A stretch of 64,000 bases of DNA from Sphyrna mokarran. Lineage: Eukaryota. The stretch lies in contig JAGIQG010000003.1 in the NCBI GenBank assembly GCA_024679065.1, positions 96,968,001-97,032,000 on the forward strand, given 5' to 3'. Position 1 is the first letter of the stretch. Every line of letters starts with the position of its first letter. Under the pieces are notes generated by a model. That model saw nothing but the letters and a program-made list of their open reading frames with translations. It did no database searches and was not told where the DNA came from. The position numbers and the translations under genes were made by a program. Below, one piece after another: positions 50,320 to 62,729 of the stretch.

Positions 50320-50570
50320 TTAAAGTATATTTATTAACACTGCAATGAAGTTACTGTGAAAGTCCCCTAGTTAACACATTTGGCGCCTATTAGGGTCAAT
50401 GCACCTAACAGCATGTTTTTCAGACTATGGGAGGAAACTGGAGCACCTGGAAGAAACCCACGCAGACACAGGGAGAATGTACAAACTCCACACAGACAGT
50501 GACCTAAGCCAGGAATCGAACCCAAGTCCCTGATGCTGGGAGGCAGCAGTGGTAACCACAGTGCCGCCAT
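50320..50570 (-). mobile_element. V-SINE, alternative tail
   Basis: acactgcaatgaagttactgtgaa tail, V-domain, ggaatcgaacc. Confidence 0.88.
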
Positions 50571-51239
50571 ACCAGCATTTTATTCACTAAAAAAAAGTCA
50601 GATTCTCTTTCATGTATTTAACTGCTGCTTAATTAATATCCTTCAAACAAAATAGAGTGGAATGCAATAGGATACACAAAGAATAAAAGATTGATGCAGT
50701 GAATTATTCTCTGTTGATTAGATACTCTAACCCTGAATGACTGTAGTCTGATTCTGGACCAAATAATGATGTAATGGCTAAATATTTTAGCTGTTCATTT
50801 CAAGAACATCATCCTAACTTCTTTATTTTTTGCTCATATTCAATCTTAATTACTTAGAAAGTGGCTTTTCAAAAGTAAAATTTTTTGTGCTAATTTCCTG
50901 TATTGACATATTCTTGACTACCCGTCACTAGCGAATGTGACTGTTTTCCATAATTTCAGAGGTGGCTGATGAGGTTGACTGAGGATCTGTACATTGTGTA
51001 TTTGTTGACATGTAGGATGTGTCACGGTGTGTTCTTTTCACTGCACTCATTTTGTCTCTATTTTGTTGTCACTGCATTTCAGAATGACAGAATGCTTTCT
51101 ACAGACTTTGCCATCATCTTGTTTTAATCAAAGGCAATGGTGTCCCAGGAGTTGATATCAATGTTGCTCCAGTTTCCTCCCATAGTCTGGAAAACATGCT
51201 GGTTAGGTGCATTGACCTGAATAGGCGCCAAATGTTGGC

Positions 51240-52270
51240 TTTCAGAACATTCTTGAATTGCTGCTTCTGTCCTCTTCGATCCCATTGCCATGACTAGCTA
51301 GAAGAAGAAGACCTGATTTGGGAGTCTCGTACCTGACTAAAGTATATGACCAGCTTAACAAAGCTAATGGTGGACGATCACATCCTTGATGTTTGTGGTG
51401 CCTGCTTGTGGGAGGACACTGATGTTGGTGCGTCTCTCCTCCCACTTAATATCTAACATCTTCTGCAGTCAGTGTTGATAGTATAAATCCAGTGCTTTGA
51501 GGTGGAAGCTATCCAGTAAGGGAGAGATCATGGTCACATGATTGACCATGACCTTGGTTTCAGGTTTGATGTCACAATCTTCAAACTTGATTTCTCAGGT
51601 GGCCAATGGCTGTACTAGCAGATGTTGGGTGATGTTAGATTTTTTTAAATACTTGTCTTTTGTCTGTTTCTTTCACAGAATGCAATCCCTCTGGCTATCT
51701 AGTTGGGTGAGGTGAGGCAGACTATGTTTAGGGCATCTTCTATAGCTCCCTCTCCAATAAGGGGTGAGCAGAGTGGATCTCAAAGAATTCTGCTCAGTCA
51801 CAGTTAAGGCTGCCAAAAGGGTACCTGCCCTCTTCTGAGTGCTAGATAGCCATGTTGTCCTGCCATCTCTATGCCAGATCATGACTGAAAGCTTCCAGAT
51901 AACTCAATTTTGTTCCAGTCAAAGAACTTGGAAAATGTGCTGGACAAAAGAAATGCCTGTATGTGACGCCTTTTAGTGTGAAGAAATAGTTGCACACCAG
52001 CTTCTACTTGTGTCTTGACAGGATTAAACCTTGATCTAATGACAAAGAAAACAAAATAATTTGAAGTATCCATAGGCTGTAGCCTTTGTCTACCAGAACA
52101 ATCATTGAAATATTCCAGATAATGCAGATAATTCCTTCAATTGTTCCACTATTGATGATCTGTTTGGGAAAGCCGTATCTGTTGGCTACTTCTATGGCTC
52201 CTTAACATAAGCGACATAAGGAATCCCATTATGCTTCACTCTATTGTGATAGACCCTTTCTCACTCATTG
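51240..52270 (-). mobile_element. Old RTE-clade RT fragment
   Basis: Reverse-strand degenerate RYGFP near 52180 and GH...RLPNQVFF..LSHG...RGQKQQFK near 51250-51360. Confidence 0.6.
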
Positions 52271-52859
52271 CCCAGGTTTCTGCAGTGAGGGGGTGGACTT
52301 GGAAACCCTCATCAACATAACCAGTGTAATTTATACAACATAAAAATTGTTTTGTTACATCAGTTCCACTCTGTGATTAACCAAACATTGCAACAACTCA
52401 TGCTCTGTGTATGACGTTCTATTGTGATGTTTACACCGTTTGTTTAAGGCGTGAAACTGCTTCACACTGCCGCTAAAAGTGGAATACAACCAGACGTGGA
52501 GGCATGGTTGAACATATTCTGAAAGGTTTTATCATGTGACTTTCTGTGTCTATTGACACACTTACGATCTTACCATGACTTTCCCTGACATACCCATTTT
52601 CATGAGGTACTGCTTTGCTGCACCAGTCAGAAAGTAAATAGCCTCTATTTCCCAATTGAATGATAACTAAGTTTCAGCCAGTCTTTCAATAATTTTATAA
52701 TGAATAAATTATTTTTTAACATTTTTTTTGAATTGTTGTCGTAGTTTTTCTCCTGGGATTTTTACAGTAACAATTCATGAAGACACCAGGGTAATCCTGG
52801 AGGTTTGATAGTCCTGGTCCATGCTCAAACTAACATTCACGCGAAGCCAAGTGAAGTCC

Positions 52860-54750
52860 TCACACTGCATTTAAACAATACAACGTAGATGTGAAGTGTT
52901 GCACAGAAGGTTGCAGTGCATGATCAATGTCACACGCTTAGTACTGAGGAGGAATGACTGACTTTTCTCTTGGGCAACACTCCAATGCACACCCAAGTGA
53001 CAAGAGTAAACCAAGTGACTTAGATAAGTCAGTAAGATTATAGTGTGCAATCAAACAGGCAGTGTTGGATCTGAAGTAATGTGCCTGTGATAGTGTCTTG
53101 GTGTGAAGAGCTCTTGGGTTTAATTCTACGTCATAGATCTGAACAGACAGCTTATTGATTAACCTAAGCAGCCCTGACATACAACAATCTAAGCCTATGA
53201 TTTGAACAAGCAGTTGAGATCGACAAATGCTGGTTATCCCCCACAATTTGTAAACGTGAGCAAGGAGACTCCTGCTCAGAACGCAATGTACCAAGAATAT
53301 TTGAAATATAAAAATGCTGGAAAGCAAAGATTTATATGCTTTAAAAAATAAGGATGCTGTTTGGACTGGCCCACATTGGCATCATTTTGTGCGTTTCGAT
53401 CTGAATGTACCGGCTGAATCCAGATTTGAAGAACATCTCATGGATTCAAAGAAGCAGACATGAAATCCGAGTGAGTATCCCTTGGCTTCAGATGAACGGT
53501 CAGTGTGTTATACTGTGCAGCCCTGACATTTGAATAGACAGCAATGCAATTCAAACAGGGAGGCCTATTGATCTGAGCAACAGGCAACTAGCGATTTGAA
53601 CAGGCAGCCTGAGGTTTAAACAGGGAATTTATGGATTACACTACACAGCTTTGACATTTAAACAGGCAGCCTGGGGATTCAAAGAGATAGCCCTGGGATT
53701 CAAAAGGGCTACCAGTGGATCACATTAAGCACTCTTGAGTAACCCTTGGGATTTAAGCATGTATTCCTGTAATTTGAACAGACAACTCATGAATTGCATT
53801 AGGCAGCTAACAGATTTTAACAGGCTGGTCGGAGACTGGCTAGCCTATGAAGTGCATTTATGTCAACACTGGCAATTAGATGGGTAGGCCTGATAGTCAA
53901 AGAACAGCACATTGGTTACGCTACACACCCTTTGGTAACAAACAAATTGCCTAAGGGCCATGTTAGATTGACCTAGGATTCAAACACTTTGTGGATTATT
54001 GAGGAGACTCAGCAACGTCCCTGGGATTTAAAGTATTTGCCCTGGAATTTGAACAAGTAACCAGTGGGTCATATTCTTCTTCGGTTCTCTGACAAACGGA
54101 CAATGAAGTCAGATCCAGATGGTCTATGGGGAAATGTTAGGCGCAGTATGTGCTACAATACAATGGATGCACAATGGTTAGCACTATTGCCTCACAGCAC
54201 CAAGGACTGAGATTCTATTCTAGGCTTTGGTGATTGAGTGCGTTTTCACCCTGTGTCTGCGTGGATTTCCTCTGGGTACTCTGGTTTCCTCCCACAGTCC
54301 AAAGATGTGTTAGTTACGTGGATTAACCACAGTAAATGCACAATATTACGGGGATAGGTGGGTAGAGTTGGTGTGGACTAAATAGCCGAATGGCCTCCTT
54401 ATGTAGGGATTCAATAATCTGTTCCTATTTGAAAGAGTGAGATAGAGTGGAAACTGATTTTAAATGACTGAGCTGTATTTATTTATTAAAAAGACTTAGC
54501 TTAAAATAGGTCATACTTTTAAAACAAAATGAATGATTGTCCTCACTTAGTGAGTGACTGTTGTCTGGTTCAGAACAGACAGCTCGGCAATGTGAATGGA
54601 CAGCTTGCAGATCATACTGCAAGATTTAGAGATATGATCAGACAGCTTTGGGATTCAAGAGAACGCCCTTGGATTTTGATCAGGCAGCCTGGGATTTCAA
54701 GTCACCTCATTGGGATTTGAGTAGACAGCCAGTGGAATAAACAGGGCTGT
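52860..54750. repeat. Degenerate ~21-bp minisatellite (consensus ~GGGATTTGAACAGGCAGCCCT)
   Basis: Units at exact 21-bp spacing (53134, 53155, 53176, 53197) and runs at 53520-53830, 54020-54065 and 54565-54745. Confidence 0.7.
54165..54415 (+). mobile_element. HE1-type SINE inside the minisatellite
   Basis: gcacaatggttagcactattgcctcacagc head; V-domain ggtttcctcccacagtccaaagatgtg. Confidence 0.82.
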
Positions 54751-55059
54751 GTCTATTTATAAAGAAACAAAAATAAATAATTTTCTGTGGTGACTTTTGC
54801 TGAGATATGTTTCCCTATGAGTAATTTGTCCAATATGGTTATTCCTCAGGAGTTAGGCTAGGCAGTGAGGCTGCTTGGCTGTTTGAGGGTCTTGTGTGAA
54901 TTCAATTTCACAGGTATTTCCAACAGTGGCACTCTTATCACACTACATATTTTGAGATATCTTTTTATTGTGGCTCAGTTGGTGCCTTTGTCCACTAGGT
55001 GATAGGGAAGCTTGTCCATGTTATTAAACTGCAACTAGATGATTAACCTAAAAGCTTCA

Positions 55060-55420
55060 CCATGTTAAAGACACTCCTTCAATGCAAGTTATTGTGGAAA
55101 GGATGAAGGAAGCAGATTCATTAGTGACTTTCAAAAAGAAATTGGGTATTAACTCGAAATGGCAAAAAAGTGCTGGGAAAGGGGTTTGAGGTGGGTGACT
55201 GCAACTAATTAAGTTTAAATTGGTCTCACAACTAGGTTTACATTAACACTAAAGTGAAGTTACTGTGAAAATCCCTGAGTTGCCACACTCTAACACCTGT
55301 TTGGGTACACTAAGGGACAATTTAGCACGGTCAATGCACTTAAACAGCTAACTCTTTCAAAGAGCCAACACAGGTACAATGGGCTGAATGGCCTCCACCT
55401 GTGCTATATGATTCTATTAT
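55060..55420 (+). mobile_element. CR1 3' end with a minus-strand SINE tail inserted (~55210-55348)
   Basis: agcagattca...ctttcaaaa...gggctgaatggcctcc...gattctat, split by ttacattaacact..aagttactgtgaa. Confidence 0.65.
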
Positions 55421-55917
55421 TCCAACTTAGAGAAATTACATGACCCAGATCTGGATCTTATGGATTTCAACAGATGGTTTATGATTATGATATACAGCTC
55501 AGGAGAATGAAGAACTGCCCACAGATTACATTATGTGGTCCCAGGATTCCAAAAGCTGCACACAAATTATGTCCAGGCAGCCCAAGATTTTCATAGACCG
55601 TTCATAGATCTCAATATGGTCAAGATTTGAATTTGCTTTTTTTTGTGGAATCCAAAGTGAAATCTTTTATCATTTATACAGCCTCCAAAAGCATCTTAAC
55701 AACAACTTCCCTCGACAGGAGCCACACTTTTTATTATCTTTAGTAGACATATGGGCACAGATTTTGCTCTCAGTGGTGAAGGAATAGTACTTACCATTCA
55801 TCTCACTGACAGCTGCCCACGGTCTATTTATGGGTTAGTCAACGGAGATTTCCTATAATTTGGCATCATTTTCAGTGCACTGTCATTCTTGAGGGATCTA
55901 TGGTGTATATGATGTTA

Positions 55918-58303
55918 GAGGAGTCAGTTTTTGTACAAAGTGTGCAGGAAGGTTTTTTGACTCAGTATGTAGATAGGCCAACTAGAGGTGAGGCTACATT
56001 GGATTTGGTGCTGGGCAATGAGCCAGACCAGGTGTTAGGCTTGGAAGTTGGTGAACATTTTGGTGATAGTGACCACAATTCGGTTACGTTCACCTTTGTG
56101 ATGGATAGGGATAGGCATGAAGCTGGGGGCAGTAGTTATAGCTGGGGGAAGGGTAATTATGAGGCCATAAGGAGAGAATTAGGGTGCATAGATTGGACTA
56201 GGAAACTACAGGGACTGGGAACATCTGGAATGTGGAGCTTATTCAAGGAGCAGCTGCTGCGAGTCCTTGATAAGTATGTCCCTGTCAGGCAAGGAGGAAA
56301 TGGTCGAGTAAGGGAACCATGGTGTACTAGAAAAGTTAATTCGCTGGTTAAAAGGAAAAAGGAGACTTATATCAGGATGAGGCTTGAAGGCTTAGTTAGT
56401 GCACTGGATAGCTATAGATTAGCCAGGAGGGAACTAAAGAGTGAGTTGAGGAGAGCTAAAAGGGGACACAAGAAGACTTTGGCTGATAGGATCAAGGAGA
56501 ATCCTAAAGCTTTCTTTAGGTATGTTAAGAATAGAAGATCGGTTAGGGCAAGATTAGGGCCAGTCAGAGACAGCAGGGGGAAGTTGTGCATGGAGCCTGA
56601 AGAGATTGGAGAGGCACTGAACAAATATTTCTCTTCGGTATTCATGCAGGGAGATGTAAATGTAGTTGTGGAGAACACTGGGGTACAGAGTTGTAAATTG
56701 TAAAGTATTGAAGTAGATAAGGAGGATGTGCTAGATATTCTTGAGGGTTTGAAGTTAGATAAGTCCCCTGGGCCGGACGGGATTTACCCTAGGATTCTCT
56801 GGGAGGTGAGAGAGGCGATTGCAGAGCCTCTGGCCCTGATCTTCAGGGCATCGTTGGTTAAGGGTATAGTGCCGGAAGACTGGAGGATAGCGAATGTGGT
56901 CCCATTGTTCAAGAAGAATAGGGACTTTCCGGGGAATTATAGGCCGGTGAGTCTTACTTCTGTTGTGGGCAAAGTATTGGAAAGAATTATTAGGGATAGG
57001 ATTTATAGTTATTTAGAGAGAAATGAATTGATTGGGGATAGTCAGCATGGTTTTGTGAAGGGTAGGTCGTGCCTTACTGACCTTATTGAGTTTTTTGAAA
57101 AAGTGACCAAAGAGGTGGATGGGGGTAAGGCAGTTGATGTGGTATATATGGACTTTAGTAAGGCGTTCGATAAGGTGGCCCATGGAAGGCTTCTGCAGAA
57201 AATGCAGATGTATGGGATTGAGGGTGATTTAGCTAATTGAATTAGGAATTGGCTAGCAGATAGAAGACAGAGGGTGGTGGTTGATGGAAGTTATTCATCA
57301 TGGAGTTCGGTTACAAGCGGTGTACCTCAGGGATCTGTTTTGGGACCCCTGCTGTTTGTAATTTTTATAAATGATCTGGATGAGGGTATTGAAGGATGGA
57401 TTAGTAAATTTGCAGATGACACTAAAGTCGGTGGAGTGGTAGATAGTGAAGAGGGGTGTTATAGTTTGCAGAGAGACTTGGACAAGTTGCAGAGCTGGGC
57501 CGAGAGGTGGCAAATGGAGTTTAGTGCGGAAAAGTGTGAGGTAATTCACTTTGGCAGGAATAACAAATGTGTAGAGTATAGGGCTAATGGTAGGACTCTT
57601 AATAGTGTTGAAGAACAGAGGGATCTTGGTGTATATGTGCATAGATCTCTGAAAGTTGGCAATCAAGTCGATAAGGTTGTTAAGAAGGCATATGGAGTCT
57701 TAGCTTTTATTGGTAGGGGGATTGAATTTCGGAGCCGCAATGTCATGTTGCAACTGTACAAAACTCTAGTGCGGCCGCACTTGGAGTATTGTGTGCAGTT
57801 CTGGTCCCACATTATAAGAAAGATGTGGAGGCATTGGAGGGGGTACAGAGGAGGTTTACCAGGATGTTGCCTGGTATGGAGGGCAGGTCTTATGAAGAGA
57901 GGCTGAGGGATTTGAGGTTGTTTTCGTTAGAAAGAGGTGGCTAAGAAGAGACCTTATTGAAACATATAAGATGATTAGGGGTTTAGATAGGGTGGACAGT
58001 GATAGCCTTTTTCCTAGGATGGAGAAAGCTAGCACGAGGGGACATAGCTTTAAATAAGGGGTGGTAGTTATAGGACGGATGTCAGAGGTAGGTTCTTTAC
58101 CCAGAGGGTGGTAAGGGTATGGAATGCCCTGCCTGCTGCAGTTGTAGATGCGCCAAGTTTGGTGGCGTTTAGAGGTTAGTAGATAAGTTTATGGACAAAA
58201 AGGGAATGGTTTAGGTTAGAGGGTCATTGCTTTTTCCTAATTGGTCGGCGCAACATCGAAGGCCGAAGGGGCTATTCTGCACTGTAATGTTCTATGTTCT
58301 ATG
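55918..58303 (+). mobile_element. CR1 (HER1-like) LINE, 5'-truncated within the endonuclease, several frameshifts
   Basis: ORFs 55900..57906 with LDLVL, SDHN, KSPGPDG, YRPVSLTS, DFSKAFDK, GVPQGSVLGP and FADD; tail gttctatgttctatg. Confidence 0.95.
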
Positions 58304-58369
58304 AACAGGGCAAGCAACTGCGAGGCTCTTCGAGAAATCGGATGTTAGCGACCTCAGGGAGAAACACAA

Positions 58370-58480
58370 GCTGGAATTTTACCGCCTGAAGTTCATAAGA
58401 TCCCGCCTGAGGCCAATGGAGAAAACTTTTCTGTGAGCATCATCTGTCCTGGAATCGGGGCGGGCTTGCCAGTAAAATTC
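58370..58480. mobile_element. Short MITE (related copy at ~30840-30918)
   Basis: ggaattttac ... gtaaaattcc inverted ends; body ccgcctga...aagatc...gcct.aggccaatgg...tctgtgagc shared with 30840. Confidence 0.65.
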
Positions 58481-58911
58481 CTTCTGTGCTGATAAGACTC
58501 CAAACTTGTAAAATTAATTTTTTGGGGCCAGAGAGGTTGTTTAGTAATTAGAATTTCAAACATATTTAATCTTGAGTGACCTCTCTTAACATTTTCAACC
58601 ATTTTTAGTGGGTTTCTCATGAGCATGTACATCAAGTGCACTCCATTGCTGTTGTTTCAATGTTGATTCTATCATTAAGGATTGTGAAGAGGGATTATAT
58701 CTCTTGACAGAAACTTCTGGATTTCTGAGTTTAACTGGACATGCGTGTAACTCCAGAGCTTGCAGCTAGATTTTCCCCCCATTAAAAGGCAGAGTGCTGA
58801 TGCCTTAATGCCATTGTAACCTTATTTTGAAATATGGTGATTAAAAAGTAAACGTGGATGCTGTGATAACATCAGCTTTGCCAACAGATGTGCTAGGGAT
58901 CCCACTGATTA

Positions 58912-60768
58912 TTTTTTTTTTTATTAAGCAACACAGCACGGGAAACAGGCCCTTCGGCCCAACAAGCCCGCGCCACCATAATACCAAATACATTATCCTA
59001 TTTTAATATTCCTATATAATAATATATATATTAATCCTAATTTGGAAAATTTTCACCATAGGGACAATTTGTTACCCAATCAGCCTAAGAGCGAATTTTT
59101 GGGTTGTGGGAGGAAACCGGAGTGCCCGGAGAAAACCCACGCAACCACGGGAGAACGCGCAAACTCCCGCAGACACCGGCCCAATTCCAAGTGTCTGCAC
59201 AGCCACATCGATAGTCTCTGAGCTGTCATGGTGCCCTTCAGGTGGTCCACATAAAGCACTCATATACGACATGAGGTACCAGGCAACCCATGCATCAACA
59301 TCCAAGAGCTGTACCCGCACCACCTGCCGAATGCGTGCTCAAATTATGGACCGAATTACCTGTGGAAAAAAGCCGTAGTTAACCAGTCCTAATATATCCC
59401 TCTATCTGCATACCGCTCATGTGGCTGTCCAAGAGACCCTTAAACAGCCCAAGCGTGCCTGCTCCCACCACCTTACTCGGCAGTGCATTCCACACCCCCA
59501 CTACCCTTTGTGTGAAAAACTGCCCTCTAATATTCGTCTTATACATAGCCCCCATCACCCTATGGCCATGACCCCTCGTCCTATCCATTTCTGAAGGTGG
59601 AAAAAGTTTACCTCCATTTACTCTATCTATACCCCTTATAATCTTATACACCTCTATGAGATCCCCTCTAAGCCGACGTCTGTCAAGGGAAAACAACCCC
59701 AGTCTATCTAATCGTTCCTCATAAGACAGTCCTTCCATACCAGGCAGCATCCTGGTAAACCTCCTCTGCACTCTCTCCAAGGATTCCACATCCTTCCGAT
59801 AGTACGGCTACCAGAACTGGACGCAGTATTCCAAGTGAGGCCTAACCAACGTTCTATACAATTGCAACATCAAACTCCTACTCTTATATTCTATACCCTT
59901 TTCTATGCAAGCTAACATACTATACGCCTTCTTTGTCACCTTCTCCACCTGTGAGGACACCTTCAGAGACTTGTGAACCTGCACCCCCAAGTCTCTCTGC
60001 GTCTCTATTGTCCTTATAGTTTACCTTTTATCCTATAATTCTCTTCTACATTTTTCCGGCCAAAATGCATCACCTCGCATTTTTCCGGATTAAATTCCAT
60101 TTGCAATCTATCTGCCCAATCTACCAACCTGTCTATGTCCTGTTGTATTGCCTGACACTGCTCTTCTGTACCCGCCAATCCAAGCATCTTGGTGTCATCA
60201 GCAAATTTGCTGATCTCACCACCTACCCCTACTTCCAAGTCGGTTATGTAGACCACAAATAGAAGAGGACCTAGTACTGAGCCTTGTGGCACTCCACTAG
60301 TGACAGGTTTCCAGCTGGAAAAAGAACCTTCCACTACTACCCTCTGTCTCCTCCTTCCGAGCCAGTTTTCGACCCATCTACATACCCGACCCTGTATCCC
60401 ATGCGCCTTCACCTTCTCTATCAGTCTACCATGAGGAACCTTGTCAAACGCCTTACTGAAATCCATGTAGGCGACATCAACAGCCTGTCCTTCATCAACT
60501 GTTTTTGTCACTTCTTCAAAAAATTCCACCAGATTCGTAAGACAAGACTTCCCCTTGACGAAGCCATGCTGCGTATCCCTGATCAGATCGCAGCACTCCA
60601 GATGCTCGTACATCCTGTCCCTAAGGATCCTCTCCATTAGCTTACCTGTAACTGAAGTCAAGCTCACCGGCCTATAGTTCCCTGGGTGATCCCTCTGACC
60701 TTTTTTAAACAACGGTACTACGTTTGCTATCCTCCAGTCCTCTGGGACCTCACCTGTGTCCAAGGAGT
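58912..60768 (-). mobile_element. Young CR1 LINE with long 3' UTR containing a V-SINE core and poly(A)
   Basis: ORF2 pieces 60014..60768, 59808..59990 and 59379..59789 (one frameshift, one in-frame stop); 3' UTR 59378-58912. Confidence 0.93.
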
Positions 60769-61664
60769 TAGATGGCATCAAAGATGATTGAATTTTGCAA
60801 GGATTCCTGGCAGTGCATCTAATAAATTTGGTTAATAAGAACACTAATTGTTGAACTCTCAGACTAAGGCACCCTCACTTCTATGGGGAAAATCTGATGT
60901 GACATATTCTTCCATGCAATAAATAAGCAAATATTCAAGTTGACAAGTAACATTATGGAGTAGCTGTGAAGTAGTCTTAAATTTGTGTCCAACTCAATTA
61001 TTTCAGAAGTGATAGAAGAGAGGTGAAACAGTGTGAAGGAAAGAAGCATAACCCTTGCATGGCCCATATATGTCCATGTATTGAACTGTCAGACCCTTGT
61101 CATTAAAACAGCATTTATAACACCACCCGGTTTGTTTCTTATTTGACTACAGAGATTGAGTTAGAGATAAGGTTTGTGGAATCATGTTTAGAACATTGTT
61201 TCTGATTTAGAAATAGATAGGCAGCAAAGATTCTATATGTACAGGAGGTTCATTAGCTGCCATGAAATGCCATAAACTTTTACACAAATCTCTTAATCCT
61301 TGTTCACAAAGGTATAGCCAACAGTTAGCCTAATCAGACTCTTGCTTTTACGTGCAATACTCCCATCATTTACAATTAAGTACATGAAGTAAAAGAGCAT
61401 TAAAATATGGATAGTGAGTCCCTAAAAGGAATTACAATCATGTCATAGTTCAACTGATTTCACTTCCTAATTGGTTCATTATAATGTCTGTAACTATTTT
61501 AAGAACAATTAATTTTTTTTTAGGCAATGTTTGAATTAAGATGTTTCAACTCATCTCAGTCCTAACCAGCCAACATCTTATCCTGAGACGATGCCCCCAG
61601 ACTCTAGACTGCCTGACCATGGAAAGAACCTTTCTGCACCCAGCCTGTCAAGTCTTCCCAGAAT

Positions 61665-62030
61665 TTTTTTTTAATTCATTCATGGAACATGGGCATCACT
61701 GACTGGTCAGCATTTATTGCCCATTCGCATTTGCCCTTGAATTAAATGGCTTGCTCAGCTGTTTTAAAAGGCAGTTGAGAGTCAACCAAATTGCTGTGGC
61801 TTTGGAGTCAAATGTAGGCCAGAGCAGATAAGGATGGAAGATTTCCTTCCCTAAAGGGCATAAGTGGATTTTTCCGACAATTAATGTGGTCTCATGGTCA
61901 TCGGTAGATTCTTAATTCCGATATTTTTTATTGAATTCAAATTCCACCATCTGCCATGGTGGGATTTGAACTCTGGTCACCAGAACATTAGCTGAGTTTC
62001 TGAATTAATAGTCTTGCAATAATCTCTGTA
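61665..62030 (-). mobile_element. Repeat carrying the 37040-family 3' end, inside an old CR1 (~61560-62320)
   Basis: ttcattcatggaacatgggc...agcatttattgcccat; also gggatttgaac (B-box complement), suggesting a SINE with that tail. Confidence 0.6.
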
Positions 62031-62729
62031 GACCATTTAGGATGTTTCAATAAGATCACTTAAATGTGCAGACTCATCCTACTCAATCTTACCTGTCATT
62101 ACAAGAATCAAGACAAGGTGAAACTCATCCAGAACTTGTGTATTTGTCCTTACATTGTACCTGCACACGATATTCCAGGTCTCAAAGCCATGCATAATTG
62201 CAGCAAAATTTCTTTCAACTTGTACTCTATGCCCATTTCAATAAAAGTCTTTTGTTTTCTTTATTGCCTGCTGCATCTTCTTGTTATCTTTCTATGATTC
62301 ATGTATAGACAACTCTCTGAAAATTAAAATTTAATTGTTCCTTGTCATTTAAAGAATAGTGGGTGGAATCTTCCAGCCTCACTAGCAACTGGAAACATGG
62401 AGGCACTTCATTTGGTGGCAAGCAAAAAAAGTCTGTTTCCCAATAGCGAGGTAAACTGTGAATTTAATAATCCCAACCTCAAGGCGGATTAAAGGTTGGT
62501 CAAATTTCCTGAAGAACAATGTTGGGAACCCAATTTGCATCCATTGATATCCTATACATGCTCATTAAAAGGCTGTCTGGCTAAAATTAAGTTCATCCTC
62601 CAGATTCATTTCCCTGTCAGTGAGAATTTATAACATGACTGTATATAAATGGTGGGCACCTGCCAAGCTTCGCCGGTTCTGTGAATTTGACGTCCTTAGA
62701 TGTTGCTATCACCTTCTTAGGGACCTCTT

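Noticed and set aside
52860-54750. CRISPR-like array
   Set aside because: Units are contiguous and degenerate with no unique spacers, there are no cas genes, and the context is vertebrate.
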